64,000 bases of DNA from Albugo candida (GCA_040437565.1 JBDOQK010000014.1:310001-374000), one strand, 5' to 3'. Positions 13,901-28,100 are shown, counted from the stretch's first letter. Notes: generated by a model from the letters alone, not told the origin. Made by a program: numbers and translations.

Positions 13901-14190
13901 TCTCGTAAATGAAAATTTTCTCGTGCTCCTAATAAGAATAAAGAAGGAGGCAATAAAGCTTTTTCTTGATTTTCGTCGTCCAACTTTTTCAACTTTTTCC
14001 GGGTTCCAAAGTTGTCCGTGATTTTAGACTACCAGACTCGCTTTTAATTTGATCGCTTTGACGAAAATGAGGATGTTCAGATAGTCGAAATAAACATTTC
14101 CAATATCTTTGACCCAAAGGTTGAATTGAATTTGCAAAAGGTACTTTTTGTGCCAGATGATCTCCCGCATGTCGTGGACGAAAATATTCT
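10901..14190 (-). mobile_element. L1/Tx1-like LINE, 3' portion of ORF2 (end of APE, RT, C-terminal Cys motif) and 3' UTR
   Basis: RPRHAGDHLA (APE end), AYDRVNW, RGVKQGDPLSALLF, KYLGIPFG, CTQHSCAVEESDRHHFLE. The 3' terminus matches those at 26477 and 50762. Confidence 0.9.
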
Positions 14191-17100
14191 GCTGAAGTGC
14201 CGGTATAGACTGAAAAGTGTCGTCCAGGGAAATACGGACGCCGTTTTTCTCGAGCGGTCTCAATGGCTAGCAGCATTTTCTCGTGATCTGACATGTTTGG
14301 GTCGTGGGGGATCAAATGTTTCGAATATAGCGCAATGGCCCGGATATCGCCGTCGATGCGCTGCGAAAGAATACCACCCTTGCAGAATCCAGAAGCATCC
14401 GTTGTTACGATGAAAGGGTGAGCAAAGGCCGGCCAGTTCAGAGTCAGAGACTACTGAAGTGCAAGTTGCAACGCGTTAAACGATTTTGCTGATCGTTCCC
14501 CCCGTTCCATTGAGTATCTTGCTTGGTTAGCTCTCAGAGAGGACGCGATATCCGTTCTATTCCCAGAAAACTCAGCAACTCCTTGCGATGTAGGCGCTTG
14601 ACATGCTGCAGTTGTATCTGTTTTCTTTGGAGTGACGCGCAGACTTCTTCGGAAACCAAATTCTCTAAGAATGCTATTTCCTTACGACTAAACACGACAG
14701 GAGAGATGAGAGCAAAGCTGGTCCTTGCGTAACACTTCCCATACGGCGCGAACATGGCTGACATGGTGCTCTATTGTTAGGGATAAGACGCATGTGCAGT
14801 CGAGATACACGGCAACAAACGTTCTGGGAGTATAGAACAACGTTCGCGTGAGACGTGACCAGACTCCAGGCATTTTTTCATTTTTTGCATATAAACCTAT
14901 TGGTGCCACACACCATTGATACATTTATTTTCAGTTATTGAAGCAGTATAGGGTGAACTTGATGGCAACACTACCATTTAATGAGCGAGAAGCGTAAAAT
15001 AGTTGCATCCAACCATGCGGGCGAATGGCTCTTTGATCAATGGCAAAGGAAGCTTTGTCACGACTGACATGCTATCAACATAGCGATAGATAAGAACCTA
15101 TCGAATAGTATTTGAGACCCATGGAGAGTTTGATACTTCAATCAATCCTTTTCGTATGTTCTCTTCAACGAACTTATGCAGTGCGTCTTGCTCAGCCTTC
15201 GAAAAACGGATGGGAGCACAAGAGCTTGGCACGCATCATTCTGCATTTGCAAATCGAAGTTAAGTGATCGTGTTAAAGGCATTTCATTCGGGAGCTGTTA
15301 TGGAATACGTCCTTGTACTTGTCCAGAACTGGTTTTAACTCCAGCTGGATTTCCAATTGTTCTACGTGGGTAACTTTCAATTTATACATCTCCTCATAGG
15401 ATCCACTTCTCATCTTATCTTTGAAGGTCAAATCATCCACGTCTTCGAACTTAGTGTGGGCTGCGATTCCAATCCGCTTCTTACGCAAATTTATCTTTGG
15501 GTTGTACTTGGTGAACCATGGTTGACCAGATATCAAGTCATGTGTATCCGGTAATTCCCATTCCGTGAATCGCATCTTAGGGAGCTCAATACCATCTATA
15601 TGAATGGTACTGTATCTTCCGATCTCTTCGTGACCTGACTCGATGTACGCGTTCCATCAAAACGATGCTCTTGTACCTTTTCGCGCTTAGCACTTTTGAT
15701 ACCAGACCGGATTTGATCAAGTTTGCTGGCGCACTAGAGTCAGTCAAAATCTTGACTGATTTATCCATTGACACCATCACGCACTAGTAGTAGACTCAGA
15801 CTTGGCATTCTCGATCCAGAGTTGCTTGATGCTAAGCCAATAGGCTCTACCTCAGATTTCGTTTGGACTCCCACGACATTGATCGTGACACGAACGTAAA
15901 CAATTGTTTCATGTTATTTCTCGCGGATCTCCATAATATAGATATTCTGTTGATTTACATGCTGCTTATACTCTCGGCCGGAACGATTGTTTCCTTTAAC
16001 ATTACGTGCTCGGGGATAATTACGCTGTGCGAATCGGTGATTCGTACTATCGCACTTGAAGCACAAATCTCTGCGGCGACATTCGTCACGAGACAGAATC
16101 TTCAGATTTCTAATTTGCATTGGCTCTGGACCATTGTTCAATTAATATGGACGCCTTTTTTCGTACGATCTGACTCTCAGTCTATCGTGGTGGGTTCCTT
16201 GGGAACATCTCGGTGTATGAGTGCGGTCAAAGCTCAACACAACAGTAATATCTTCGGATAGTGCTGTACAGCGACGGTACTGAACCTCTTCTTTCATACG
16301 AACTGAATGTCCACGTAGGATGTACATGATCTGGTCCAGCTCGCTCATTTCTCGGACTTGAGTGACTACGTGGCGGAATTTTCCTACATAATCAGAGAGA
16401 ATTTCGCAGGAACTTATTCACGTTCGAAATTTCTGAAGAAGTCTTCCACGTCTGTGACATACTGCTTCTGAATCACATATCCCTGAGAGAGTCCTTGCTT
16501 TAGTGTCTCGCCTAAGGCGTCGAGGTTTTTTTGAGAAAGTTCCTGGATCTCACAGTCCACTCCTCTTGCAATGAAGTACTGTTCCACTTGCTCCTTGTAG
16601 AGCTGGAATAATTCGTCCAGTCTACCTCCATACGTCGGAAGATTCATACCCTCTAGCTTACTTTCCGAAAGGTATTTTGACTTTTGAGAATTTCTCGAGT
16701 AGCTGTGCATGTCTTTCAATAGTCGCGACAATAGAGTCCAGCAAGTTTGCATGCTGATCGGAGGTCATCGGGTTGGACATTATTTCAGCAATACAGATAT
16801 TAACTGATGTTAACGATTGGTTGAATGTAGGTGGTTGATGTGGGGTCTTTTTACGGCACTTGGTACTTCTCCTGACAGCCTTTGGACCGGATTTGGAGGA
16901 GTTTTTCGAGTTTGCGTACGGTTGTTGGCGGGTGGGTACGACTTTGTACCCAAGAGACTCGGATGGTTTCGCTTTTGAGCGGCGACGGCGGTGCTGCAGG
17001 GACGGTTAGTACGGCGGGGATGGTGGTGAGAAGAGTACCAGCAAGTGCTACCAGATGTGGAGAGTTTAATTCACAAGATATATTTGTAACTAAAGAATGA

Positions 17101-17255
17101 TTAAGGCTTTAGTTCTCTACCCTGTGCTATCTCTAAGCCTATCCTTTGAATGACGCCATACTGTGACGTCATGACCCACACAACATGCTTTGCTGCGTGG
17201 CCCTAACACACCCGGGTACGTGCTCTGTCATACCCCACGTACCCGGCGGCCTGAC
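14191..17255 (-). mobile_element. Truncated Ty3/gypsy element (5' LTR, PBS, gag, protease, RT, RNase H)
   Basis: LTR starts at 17056; PBS TGGTAGCACTTG (17042-17053). Gag LPTYGGRLDE, knuckle CFKCDSTNH, DLISGQPWF, VYLD, RNase H FIVTTDASGF and EKMLLAIE. The right LTR boundary is approximate. Confidence 0.88.
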
Positions 17256-18057
17256 ATATACAAATCCATCGAATTACCGGAGGCACTTCAGAGCGTATAA
17301 AGTCTTATTGGGAAACGGCAATGAAAGAAGGAATTTAACCTTCAAAGAACAACCAAGTATGGAAAATGTTAGTGACACCATCAAATGCAAATTAGCTACA
17401 TACAAAATGGGCGTATAAGACGGAACCTGACGGGAATGGGGTTTGGAATGAACTTGACGTAACAGGAGCTATCAGAGTATGATTTGGATGCCACCAAGGA
17501 TCTTTCACTTTGTTTGAAGAGAAGCCTTTATTGTTTGAAGCAGGCTGAAAGGCTATGACACCAGCTGCTACATATAAAACTCACCAACATAGGACGTATC
17601 TAATGCATGACGGGCACATGCTTGTGTTTCAACTCAGACATTGATGGGACTTTTCTTGTTGGTACCTATGTGGATGATCTCTTGGGTACTGGTACCGGTA
17701 ATGGGCGGGAAGACGTTTTTTTTCCACAAGTGGGGTGTCTTAAACTGATAGACCTTGGACTTGCCGACAAAATTTCTTGGAATGTGTGCTCACTATGATT
17801 CCACGTCCGGGTACAGAATTGATCAACAGCGGTGTATTATTGAACTACTAATCGAGAATGGTCTCGATAAAGCTAACTCCGTGCAAGGTCCAATGGGAGG
17901 GGATTTTTTGTCTGATGATCAATTTGAAGGAGATGTATTAGTTAAAGGCAGCGGGTCCTGGTACACCTGAGCAGCCGACAATCAAGAATTTTCAGTCGCT
18001 GCTTGCGAGTTTACTTTGGATTGCTCGCTGGACCCGACCGGATATATCTTTGCAGTA

Positions 18058-19354
18058 CAGTAGCCTACAAAAGTATATGTTATTTTTCCAAATCCACACC
18101 ACAAAAAATAAGATAAGAGGACTATCCAGCCATATTACTTTATGTTTCCGACATCAAACCATTTTTGAATAATGAAGACACGTTTAAGCACTGAGAAAAA
18201 AGCTACCATTGTCGGATTGCATCAGGCAGGCTTGAAACAGCGGGAAATCACTGCCTAAACAGGGTTCACCCAGTCAACCATTTCGACAGTGCTATATAAC
18301 TGGCGTAAAAAGGGTACGGTGGAGGGTACTATGACCGCAGGTCTATTGGGCGCACTGTGATGTAGAACCGGCGGGCGCCACTAGCAGAAATTCGAACATG
18401 CGAATACTTTGGCATCTCCAGCCACAATCCGTAGCGACCTCCATGAAATGGGCTTCAAGAGCCGCATTGCCGCCAAGAAGCCTTTTTTGACGGATAAACA
18501 CAAGGTTGAGAGACTGGCGTTTGCTCGGAAATAAAAAAATTGGACAGTAGAGGACTAGAAGAAGGTCATTTGGACCGACTAGTCCACCTTTGAGATTGGC
18601 AAGAATTCTCGTCAAATTGTTGCGTGGCGTCGCGTTGATGAGAAGTTCAATTTTGAGTTGTTGGCGCCAACAGTTAGGAGTGGACGGTTCTCGGTGATAA
18701 TCTGGGATGCTTTTGCTGGTGAGAGGATTCTACAGATGGTCATCATGCCACCCCGACATCGCATTGCTACCGACTTTGCAATCTATGACTCTGTCCTTGG
18801 ACCATGGATGGACGACCAGGATGACGTAAAAGACCTAATTCCTATGAGGGATGGTGTGCCAGTCCACCGTAGTAGTGCAGCAAATGATGACGTGATAAGA
18901 GGTCGCTTGCAAAGCTAGAATGACCTGCCCAAAGTCCTGATCTCAACCTCATCAAAAATCTGTGGAAGAATCTGAAAGATGCCGTCCAGAACCGCGACAG
19001 GCCAAAAAACGTCGAAGAAATGCCTACCATACTTGGTGAGAAATACCACAAGGTATCCCTCTAGATGCTTCGATGCCTAGTAGAGTCAATGCCAAGGCAA
19101 ATCGCTGCTATTCTTGCTGCCAAAGGGTGGAGCAACTCACTGGTAAACCCTCCCCAATGGCACGCACATTTTCGACGAGCAATGCAAGTCCTGAATATAA
19201 ATACTATCGTAGCGACTTCTAATAGACTTCATTATCAGCCTTGGGCGTTTTTTTTAGAATTGTTGTGGCTCTTTGATCATCATAAAATTGATTCTTTAAA
19301 GCGATAATTCAACCGTCAAATGAAAAATAACGTATACGTTTTTGTAGGCTACTG
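18058..19354 (+). mobile_element. Tc1/mariner DNA transposon (1297 bp)
   Basis: TIRs CAGTAGCCTACAAAA...TTATTTTTC at both ends. TA duplication at 18056-18057 and 19355-19356. The flanks rejoin as copia RT. Confidence 0.96.
18172..19140 (+). pseudogene. Tc1-family DDE transposase, inactivated
   Basis: HTH-like start MKTRLSTEKKATIVGLHQAG; KKVIWTD*STF; MRDGVPVHRS; PAQSPDLNLIKNLW. In-frame stops and frameshifts. Confidence 0.9.
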
Positions 19355-20155
19355 TACATGATCATTCTCGGCGTGCACATGCACCAAATTTTGGCGATTT
19401 AAAATTGGCGAAAAGGATTGTGCGATACTTGGCTCGAAGTGCTAATCTAAAGTTAGCCATGTACTGTAACGATGGACCGAATCTACCACTTCACATCGAG
19501 TGTATTACTGATGCTGCCATCGCTGGAGATGAGCGAGACAATGTTCTTGGGATGGCATTGCAAAAAGCAAACGGCAGTGGCGTTGTCGACCACTAAGTCT
19601 GAATGTGTGGCTTCGTCGCTCGGTGCCAAAGAGCTTCTTGGTTTCAAAGAATTGGCGGCAGAGCGTGGAATCCAAGTTGCGCTTTCTATGACTATTAAAA
19701 TAGACAGGCAAGCTGCTATCAAGCAAGTTGTGAATGAAGCGAGTTCCAAGCATGCGGATGTGCGTCTGAAGTTTATTGTTGATTACTACCGTAAATGTAC
19801 TATTCAGCCTAACTACGTGACCACGCACGATATGCAAGCTGACATTCTGAGGAAGCCAATTCCAGCGCCTCTACTACAGGCTTTGCATACTTCTGTTGGT
19901 CTCTAGTAGACACAAGCCCCGGGAAGAGTGTCAGAAGATGATATCTGATCGAGTGGGTTGTTGCCAGGTCTCTGGCCTCCTCGGTACCATTTCTGACAGG
20001 ATTTGATGATTTAAGTCCAGCAGGCGATAGAAGAGGCAGTACGGTGTGAAATGATGCAGGTGTTAAAGCAGGTTTCTAGTAGGTACGACTGTAATATTGG
20101 TAACATACTCACTCTACAAAAAACTTCTTTGACGAACTTCCTAGCTGGTATCAAA

Positions 20156-22085
20156 GGTTATGATATCAATGGCGGGTAAGAAAGTGTTCAAAGACGCTTC
20201 ACCAGACTACGCATAATCGCGTACACGAAAGAAACGCAGATGGGCTCTCGCGAAAGAAGTGCCACTGAGGAGTCTTGGACGCTCGCGAAATGGGGTATGA
20301 CAATTATGGAATCTGTAGCAGGCATTGACGTTACTACAGAGATTGCAAAGATTTCTTCTAGGCTAGACTCTAGTTTGTCAAGGATTTCATTACACTGTTT
20401 ATCTGGTTTTTTAACTACCTTCCTTATCTTATTATGAGCCCCTGACCGTGTGAATATCACTTAAGTCTAACTTCAAACCTAGGGAGGCAGATATTTTCCA
20501 AGCTTATTNNNNNNNNNNNNNNNNNNNNNNNNNNNNNNNNNNNNNNNNNNNNNNNNNNNNNNNNNNNNNNNNNNNNNNNNNNNNNNNNNNNNNNNNNNNN
20601 NNNNNNNNATTTCATTACACTGTTTATCTGGTTTTTTAACTACCTTCCTTATCTTATTATGAGCCCCTGACCGTGTGAATATCACTTAAGTCTAACTTCA
20701 AACCTAGGGAGGCAGATATTTTCCAAGCTTATTGCTTAGGTGGGCTCAAACCGCTGCCCACACTGCCGGGGATCGAACTCACGACCTCCGGCAGGAGGTC
20801 CGTGCGCTCAAGTGCTTAACCAAATGAGCTGGGTACGGACCCTAGGCTAGACTCTAGGGAATGTGATCGTCAGGGGTCTAGTCATTTTGGTGCTGATGGC
20901 CGTGTGGAGCCATCTTATAGTTTGAACGGAGGTGGATTTGGATCGATGCGGCAGGTACCACGGCCTGAAGCGAAAGTGGACTTTGGTATTGGTGGGATTA
21001 CCTCAAGTTTCTTTCCTCTGCGTAGTGGAGTACATGGTCCTGCTGCTCGCGCGTGGCAAGAAAAGTTTTAAGGACAGTACTAGCAGAAGCTCGAATATGA
21101 GCGCAACAGCATGCAGCACCAAGTCCAGTATGAGTTGCACCAAGGGGCAGAGAAGCTCCGAGAAGAGCTCCAGCGCCAAAAGGATGTGCATATGCGCTTA
21201 CAAGAACAGCTAAATTTCCGTGCTAGTGATAAACCCATGGAGTATCGTGTGGTGGGCGAACAGGACCCGAACTATGTCAAGATCCCTGATTCGAGTGAAG
21301 GCAAGATACGCATCGATCCTTTTGATGGATCTGAAGTATACAAGGGGATGGAGCTGGATTTGTGCAATGAGTTCATCTACTGCTGGTAAAGATTGACTAA
21401 GCTGAGCGAGCGTGCGGATTGCGCTGGTCGCAGGAGTATAAGGTGTCTCGATTTTGAGAATTTCTTTGCGGTAAATCTGCGAGATAATCTAATCAGTGTG
21501 AATCCCAGCGATACAAAGCACGTTTAGCCGCGCGTGGAAATGAACAAATTCTTGGTTGTGATTATAACGTACTCCACTTTTGCATCTGTGATGGAACTGT
21601 TGAGCGTAAAATATTATTTTGGCTTGGCCAGAGTATGAAGAGTCTTGGCACATCATGACAACATATAAAACGCGTGTTTTCAAGCTAACAAGGAAGAGGA
21701 GCTCGACATTTTTTTTATAAATATAGCGTAAGATTCTCAAGACCCGATTTGCGACGGCTTCCGCATCCGAGCTGACATGATGAAGAAGGCACTTCATGCG
21801 CCGACTTTGGAAGAGTTAAAGACTTATGTCAGTCTGCACCACAATTGAAAGATTTGTCAAGACTGGAATGTGCACTTGAGAAACGAAAACACGCACGATG
21901 GAGGAGTGTTGGAAATCGACTGATGTTGAAGTTTGTGCATGTGGAATTTGGCGGAGACTTTATTTTGTTAGTTGATGCGTGTCGTATTTTCTACCAATCA
22001 AGGAGCATAATCATGCAAGTACTCGGCTTTAGTAAGATTGGCGGACACATTCAACTTTTCGTTAATTCAATCTCATTTTTAGCCA
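20156..22085 (+). mobile_element. Chimeric copia remnant: PBS-like start plus gag fragment, then RNase H end and a family-B LTR (21907-~22085)
   Basis: GGTTATGA at 20156; gag GKIRIDPFDGSEVYKG; ADMMKKALHAPTLEELK. PPT GAGGAG is followed by TGTTGGAAATC, similar to the LTR ends at ~5890 and 10661. Confidence 0.75.
20374..20841 (-). mobile_element. tRNA-derived SINE (~245 bp true length; inflated by a gap duplication)
   Basis: Box A-like CAGCTCATTTGG and box B GAGTTCGATCCC on the minus strand. Perfect 16-bp TSD CTAGGCTAGACTCTAG at 20358-20373 and 20842-20857. Confidence 0.92.
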
Positions 22086-25000
22086 ATGGAAACTACCTGC
22101 GGTCCGAGGACCATCTCTGCGTCGAGCTTGTCTGTCCAACAGGAAGTAGCTCCCCCCATAATTGCGCTTTGTGATCGCACTCGAAAAAGAGATATCGATC
22201 GGATTCCATTGCGCCACACGAAGGCTGCTTGCAGAATATAATGTCGGGTAAATATCCTTTGAGAAACGACAACGAGATCGGACTGGCAGTAACCACAAGA
22301 CCAGACAAAACTGTAGATCTTCGAAGAATCGGCAAGACAAGTTTTCGAAGACGCCGAGATGCAGCCATACATATTTGAACTCGTTCGGAATCCATTGCAT
22401 CTGGCCGCTCCCGTCCAACATGCCAAAATTATACAATACCTTTTGCGTACTTGGCATACGAGAAGCAGCATCACAATGTAATTCCTGTTCACAGTGGAAC
22501 CACATCGATTGTTTTATGTAGATCTGACGGCGTTGGAGAGCATCAACATCCAAAATTATAATGCCTCAATTGATCTGATTCCACATTTTGCATGTGTTTT
22601 TCCACCAAGAAGATGTACTCTCCCTTCAGATCAGTTTCCCATGTCGATGTGGTGCGATTTTGAATATTTTCTTCGGCTTTTGTGAGCCAAAGAAAGGTTG
22701 GATAAGCTGAACTTATTGCGTCGACGCAGCTGTCCAATTTGCAGGAATGACTGTCGACTCATCGGATGCGAAATGCTGAAGGAATCAAATGCGTTGTAGC
22801 TTCCGTCGTCCCACCGAAAACGGAACGTAGCCCACCATCTGTCTTCAGGTATGTAAAAAAAAACTCTTCTGACCAGGTGAACGTGTTTCGATTGTTATTT
22901 GTGTTTCCGACCAAGCACAAATCGATTTAGCATTGACTGCCACCGTCAAGAAGTCTCTGCAGTTATGTCCATGTGCATCGTATAATGTCACAGACGTAAT
23001 AAGATCATCACCTGCGCAAAAAGTAGTTGACCACGGACTGATCGTGCGCGTCGAACCCATACATCAAACTAATCGTAAAAACGCTTGTCGAGAGTTGAAA
23101 TAACCATCGAATTACTTCTGTCTGGCCGAACGGAATGCCAAAATACTTGACCGAATTTACCGGACTCAATATAGTCAAATTAACTACACGAGGACACGGC
23201 ATGGTCCAATTGAACGAGAGCAAGGATGACTTACTTAAATTGAGCTTCGCACCAGCTCCATCGCAAGGCCTGAACGAGTTTGAGCTGCGTCAAAATACCA
23301 TTTGGAGCTTCGGAGCGCAATGTCGAATCGTCCGCAAAAATATTTCAATTGCGACAGTCGTGCCATTGATCCAACTATCATGTTCTCGATGTACTCGAAA
23401 TTAATTTCTTAAAGGTTTGATCGTCATCAGAAATAAATACTGAGAGAGGGTCGCCTTGTTTTACTTCAGGTTGTCGTGTAATGGGCGGTGGGATATTTCT
23501 ATTGATTATCAACTGCGCCTTCGTGTTGGTGTAAAAAAGACGAACCCAGTCGATGAAACCTTTTTTCGACGCCCAATTTTTCCAAAACGCGAAGCATGTG
23601 CATCCAATTGACTCTATCATAAGCTTTCTCAAAATCGAGAAAAGTCGCATACGCTTCTTCCCCACGATGAGTGGCTGAGTCTTGGATGTCGGCGAGATGT
23701 TGAATGTGGTGATGCATCGACCGTCCTCGCACAAATGCTTTTGATCTTAATGAATCAGTTTTGACAAAAATCGCTGCAATGGACGCGCTAATGATTTTGT
23801 AAGTACTTTCGCATCGGCGAAAAGCAGTGCGAACGGTCGAAAGTTGCCAGGATTATCTAGTGATCTTTTTTTGTATAACAAGGTGATTGCCGAGTGGCGT
23901 TGTCATCGAAGTAAGATACCTCTTCAGACACTCACCAATCGTGTTTTGGATCAAGCAGACACAAAGGAAGCTGATAATTTATTGATACCTGGAGGGGGAC
24001 TACTTCGCATGTGCTTGATAGGTTCCGCCATCTCGATCGTAGTTGAGCGAGTCGAGAAACGGGCTTGCTTTTCTGACGGAAGAGAAACATGAAGCGATTC
24101 CATATACTCCTTTTGATTTGTTTTGCACGGATCAGCTAAGTCGGTCTCAGAGCTATAAAAGAGCCCATAACACCACCCCAATGATCTCTGAATTCACCTT
24201 TAATCTCTGTCGAGTTCGGTGTCTCTGTGCCACGTTTTTTGTCACAGTTTCAATTGGCACTCGACGACAAGAACTGTACGTAGGGGAAAAAATGCTTTGA
24301 AGAGTTCTTCATATGTTTCACATGATGGTCGAAGGTCTCACCTTGGTTCTTATTGGCATTTTTTGACCGAATTTCTGAATTGTTCGAGACTCGATTCGAA
24401 TAAATCTCGTGATGAATTGGTGTCTTGATTGCGATATTGAGCTGCTAAAGCCTATATAACACGGTGGCTAGACTCAACATACGTCGGCTATCTTGTGAGA
24501 TCTTTTTATCGATTCGTTGATACTGTTTCTTGATTTTCAACTTCTAACTTTCTCACATATTCCCGGGAATCGAAGTTATCCGCAAGTGATCGAGTATCAA
24601 ATTCGCTTCCATTTTGATTGCGTCGACAACTTGAGGATAGTCAAATAGTCGTAATGAACATTTCCAATATCCTCGGCCCGGAGATTAAGTTAGATTTGTA
24701 AAAGTTACTTCTTGTGCCATATGATCTCCCGCATATCGTGAACGGAAATATTGAGATTTGGTAAACCATAAAAAATAGCTCTCAGATGTAATTGAGGCGA
24801 TTCTTAAGCGGTAATGGTCCTGTAAATACTTTTTTAGTCGGATTTTGGATTCGCCAAGCGTCTACCACATCCAACTGCGAAAGCCATTCCAAAAACGCTA
24901 ATCGACTTGGTTCGTGTCGAATTTATCCACTCGAAGCATCGATAGCTGGATAGGGGTGTGTGCTCAATTGCCAATTACGAGATGCGTTGCGTTCGATTGG

Positions 25001-25194
25001 AAAGTGTTGGGGAGCAAAAATTGATAGAAAATCACTCTTGATCGGTGTATATGCATGTTGAATATACAATTGTGCATCCTAAACCAAATAGCGATTTCGA
25101 ATGCTTCTTTAGGTGATTTCTTCAGCTGTTGGATAACCTGGAAAGTCCGAACGAAGAAAAATTATCACACCGCCACTGCGTTTTTGAGCTGGAT

Positions 25195-28100
25195 TGTCGT
25201 GGAGTTCGTGAAAAACAAGAAGTGATTGATTATTTGGAAGGGTCTTTGTTCGCTACCCTACCTATATTTCTTTCTCTTCGCACGATTGCTCACACAAGCC
25301 AGTCATATGACGTTCTGGGACACGTGTACTTACGCAATGTATGGAATATGTAATTCGGATGATGACGTATACGACTATCCGTTAGGAACATTCTAAGAAC
25401 ATGGTCATATAAAATCCCCCGGACTTGACTTCGCGTTGGCGTTGTTTATATTGCGTCGAATGTTCTGACCAATGCGAAACGTGCTGGATGTCCCAGGTGC
25501 TGTCATACTCTGGATAACCATGCCATCTAAGAAGCCAATGGTGCTGACAGCTGAATTTTCGAAGTTTTAATAATTTGTTTGCGATGATAGGAGCTGACTT
25601 CGATTTTGGTCTCGTTCGGAATTTGCTTGGTGCTGCCGTGTAATGTTTCAAGACCTCGACGTTGAACGTTGGATGTAAGCGAGATAGCTTCGAAGGTATC
25701 TAAAGCTTCGCAACGTTGTGACCAATCAATTGATGATGCAGTATGGCCTTATTCGCCTTGCGGTTAGTTTAGACGTTGTTTCGGATCCTCCGGCCATGGA
25801 GAATCTTACGGGTGGATTACTTGTATCCAGAAGGATTATTTATCCTGCACTGAAGTCGGCTTCCAGACGTTTTCTGTCATAATATTGCATCTGCCGTGTC
25901 TGCGCGGCAAGTAGATTTCTCCGCGCGACTTCAAATAAGTGCTTGAGATCGTCCAAAAACTTTTGAGCATAATATTCAGCCGGAATATTTGCTTGCACAT
26001 TTGAGAACTCAGTCTGTGTAAGTGAGCACGGTTGGCGACCGGTATCAATTTGGAACAAGAGAGCTTTGTCGACATGCTAACCAGTGCTGCGTGTGAACAC
26101 TCTATGGTGCTCAAATGATAGACCCGATCATTCCCATGGTACAAAACATGCACCTTAATGCATCTTCAAGCACCAAGTTCTGACGCTCTTTGGCCGTCGC
26201 TCTGAGCTCGATGGGCAGTCTTCATGCTCAGTTTCACTCCCAGCAGTTGCATACGTGATCTCCAAAATATGGAGGTGAATATAGGACTTTCGTCACTTAT
26301 TATAATTTGCGGTAATCCGTGATGGCGTATGACTCCATCGAAAAATATCTGAGCCACTTCTGCGGCGTCTGCCCTTGTATGTGCTGGTATACACCGCGTG
26401 CGTTTGGAAAATTTATCCACAACCGCCATAATTGAGTCATATCCTTTCAAAACAAGTATACCAAGCATGAAGTTCAGTTGAAGGTGTCTATATTACTAGA
26501 ATTAGACTAAACTGACTTCTCTAGTTGCCTAGGCTAGCTTAAATAACATATATACATATAAAAAACGTTTCGTGAAATACCTGTGAGAGTTGATATTATG
26601 TCCCTCGTTGCTAGTCCTGCAGTGCGGTAGCGTTCACCACTACAGTACGAGAGTGTGTCCATTGTGTAACGGATAAATGTTGAAAGTTGTAAAAGTTGTG
26701 AAAAAATGGTCCAAAAGTACCGTGGTTTGGAGACTGGTGTGCGCCGCACTAGGCGGAACAATGCCATCCAACTAGGACTAGGATCCGAGTTGCACTTGCA
26801 TTTTGACTTGTCTGTGCCGTACCCGCAGTAATGNNNNNNNNNNNNNNNNNNNNNNNNNNNNNNNNNNNNNNNNNNNNNNNNNNNNNNNNNNNNNNNNNNN
26901 NNNNNNNNNNNNNNNNNNNNNNNNNNNNNNNNNGGTACTTTCCACGTCATCACATAGGGGTGATGACTCATCAACAATCATGCAATCACCCAAAACAGGG
27001 TGACTCATGAGGGTTGCCACGTCACTACAAGTGGACGCTAGCACCCTTGGTTGTGTCGATATGTCGACTTGGACCATTGTTTTCGAGAGGAAAGAGCTGA
27101 AAAAGGTAGTTTTGCGAGTTGTTTTGTACTAACTTGGCGGGTTACTTAGTAGACGGCAAATTGAGAAGTAAAGCATAAAGTTCATAGATACTACTTCCAG
27201 ACATTCTTTCGGAACTGGAATGGGCATGAGCTTGCCGATGTGTTTGAGGCTGCTGGGCTTCCATCTCATGCATGTTTCTCATGTAGATACATATTCTATT
27301 ACACCTTTTCCTAACATTGGCCAGTAATACCACTGTGATAACTTGTATTGATTTCGCTAGATTCCTGGATGTGCTGCTGTTGGTCCGTCGTGCGATTCGC
27401 TGATTGTGTTAGTGCGAATTTTGCACTTGTTGGGGACACACAAGATACACCAAGTTTTAAAACCTCACAAATTTGACGTCATCTTTTTTAGCCATTCCAT
27501 ACGTCAGTGAAATCTAAATTTGTGTCATACGTCTCTTGAAACAGTTTTTTTTATTGACATGTCCAAATGCGTACTCACGATAGTATAATCGATATTGTGA
27601 ACCTGATTCAGCGTTTCCGTGATCGTCCAGTGCACCTGTCACATCCCAATCTATGCGCCTCCCCCCGAAGGTCCATATCATCAATTATCATGTGCACCGC
27701 AGCATTATCGACGCGTCGGTAGGTTGATGCTGCCCAAAAGTGACGAAGATAAGCGCTACCGCACTGACAACACATGTGTGCACGCGAATGAACCGAATGA
27801 TGCGAAGAAGTCGCGGGGAACGGTACTGGACGGGACAATCCATCCGCAGCAACGTTGTGTACTCCCTTGACGAGATGGAAAACAATGTCAAACTGCGAAA
27901 TAAAAATGTCAGGAATCGAGCCAATTTCGGCAAGATCTTTGGATGATGCAGCATCTAACGACACGCAGAATTGGTCGTATATACATCAAATGGCCGAACA
28001 TGAAAATAGTGGCGCCATTTCTCTAGTGCCGTCTTGACTGCCAATAATTCCTTTTCAGGTGGGGTCCAATGGATTTCATGCTGACCCAAAACTGTGAGAG

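Larger units (their letters stand above)
17260..20155 (+). mobile_element. Ty1/copia fragment (RT-RNase H plus LTR 19929-20155), interrupted by Tc1/mariner
   Basis: LKRSLYCLKQA, VGTYVDDLL, RPDIS(F)AV split at 18057, AVALSTTKSECVA, SKHADVRLKF, QADILRKP. PPT GGGAAGAG is followed by TGTCAG at 19929. Confidence 0.88.

Noticed and set aside
20432..20441. GGGCTCATAA in the SINE body (minus strand), matching the iMet anticodon arm and complementary to the copia PBS
   Set aside because: Not conserved in the other three copies.
5828..22174. Recurring peptide M.LKFVH in ORFs at 5828, 10189 and 21845 as a new protein family
   Set aside because: All three are translations of the same copia LTR start (TGTTGGAAATC...GTTGAAGTTTGT).
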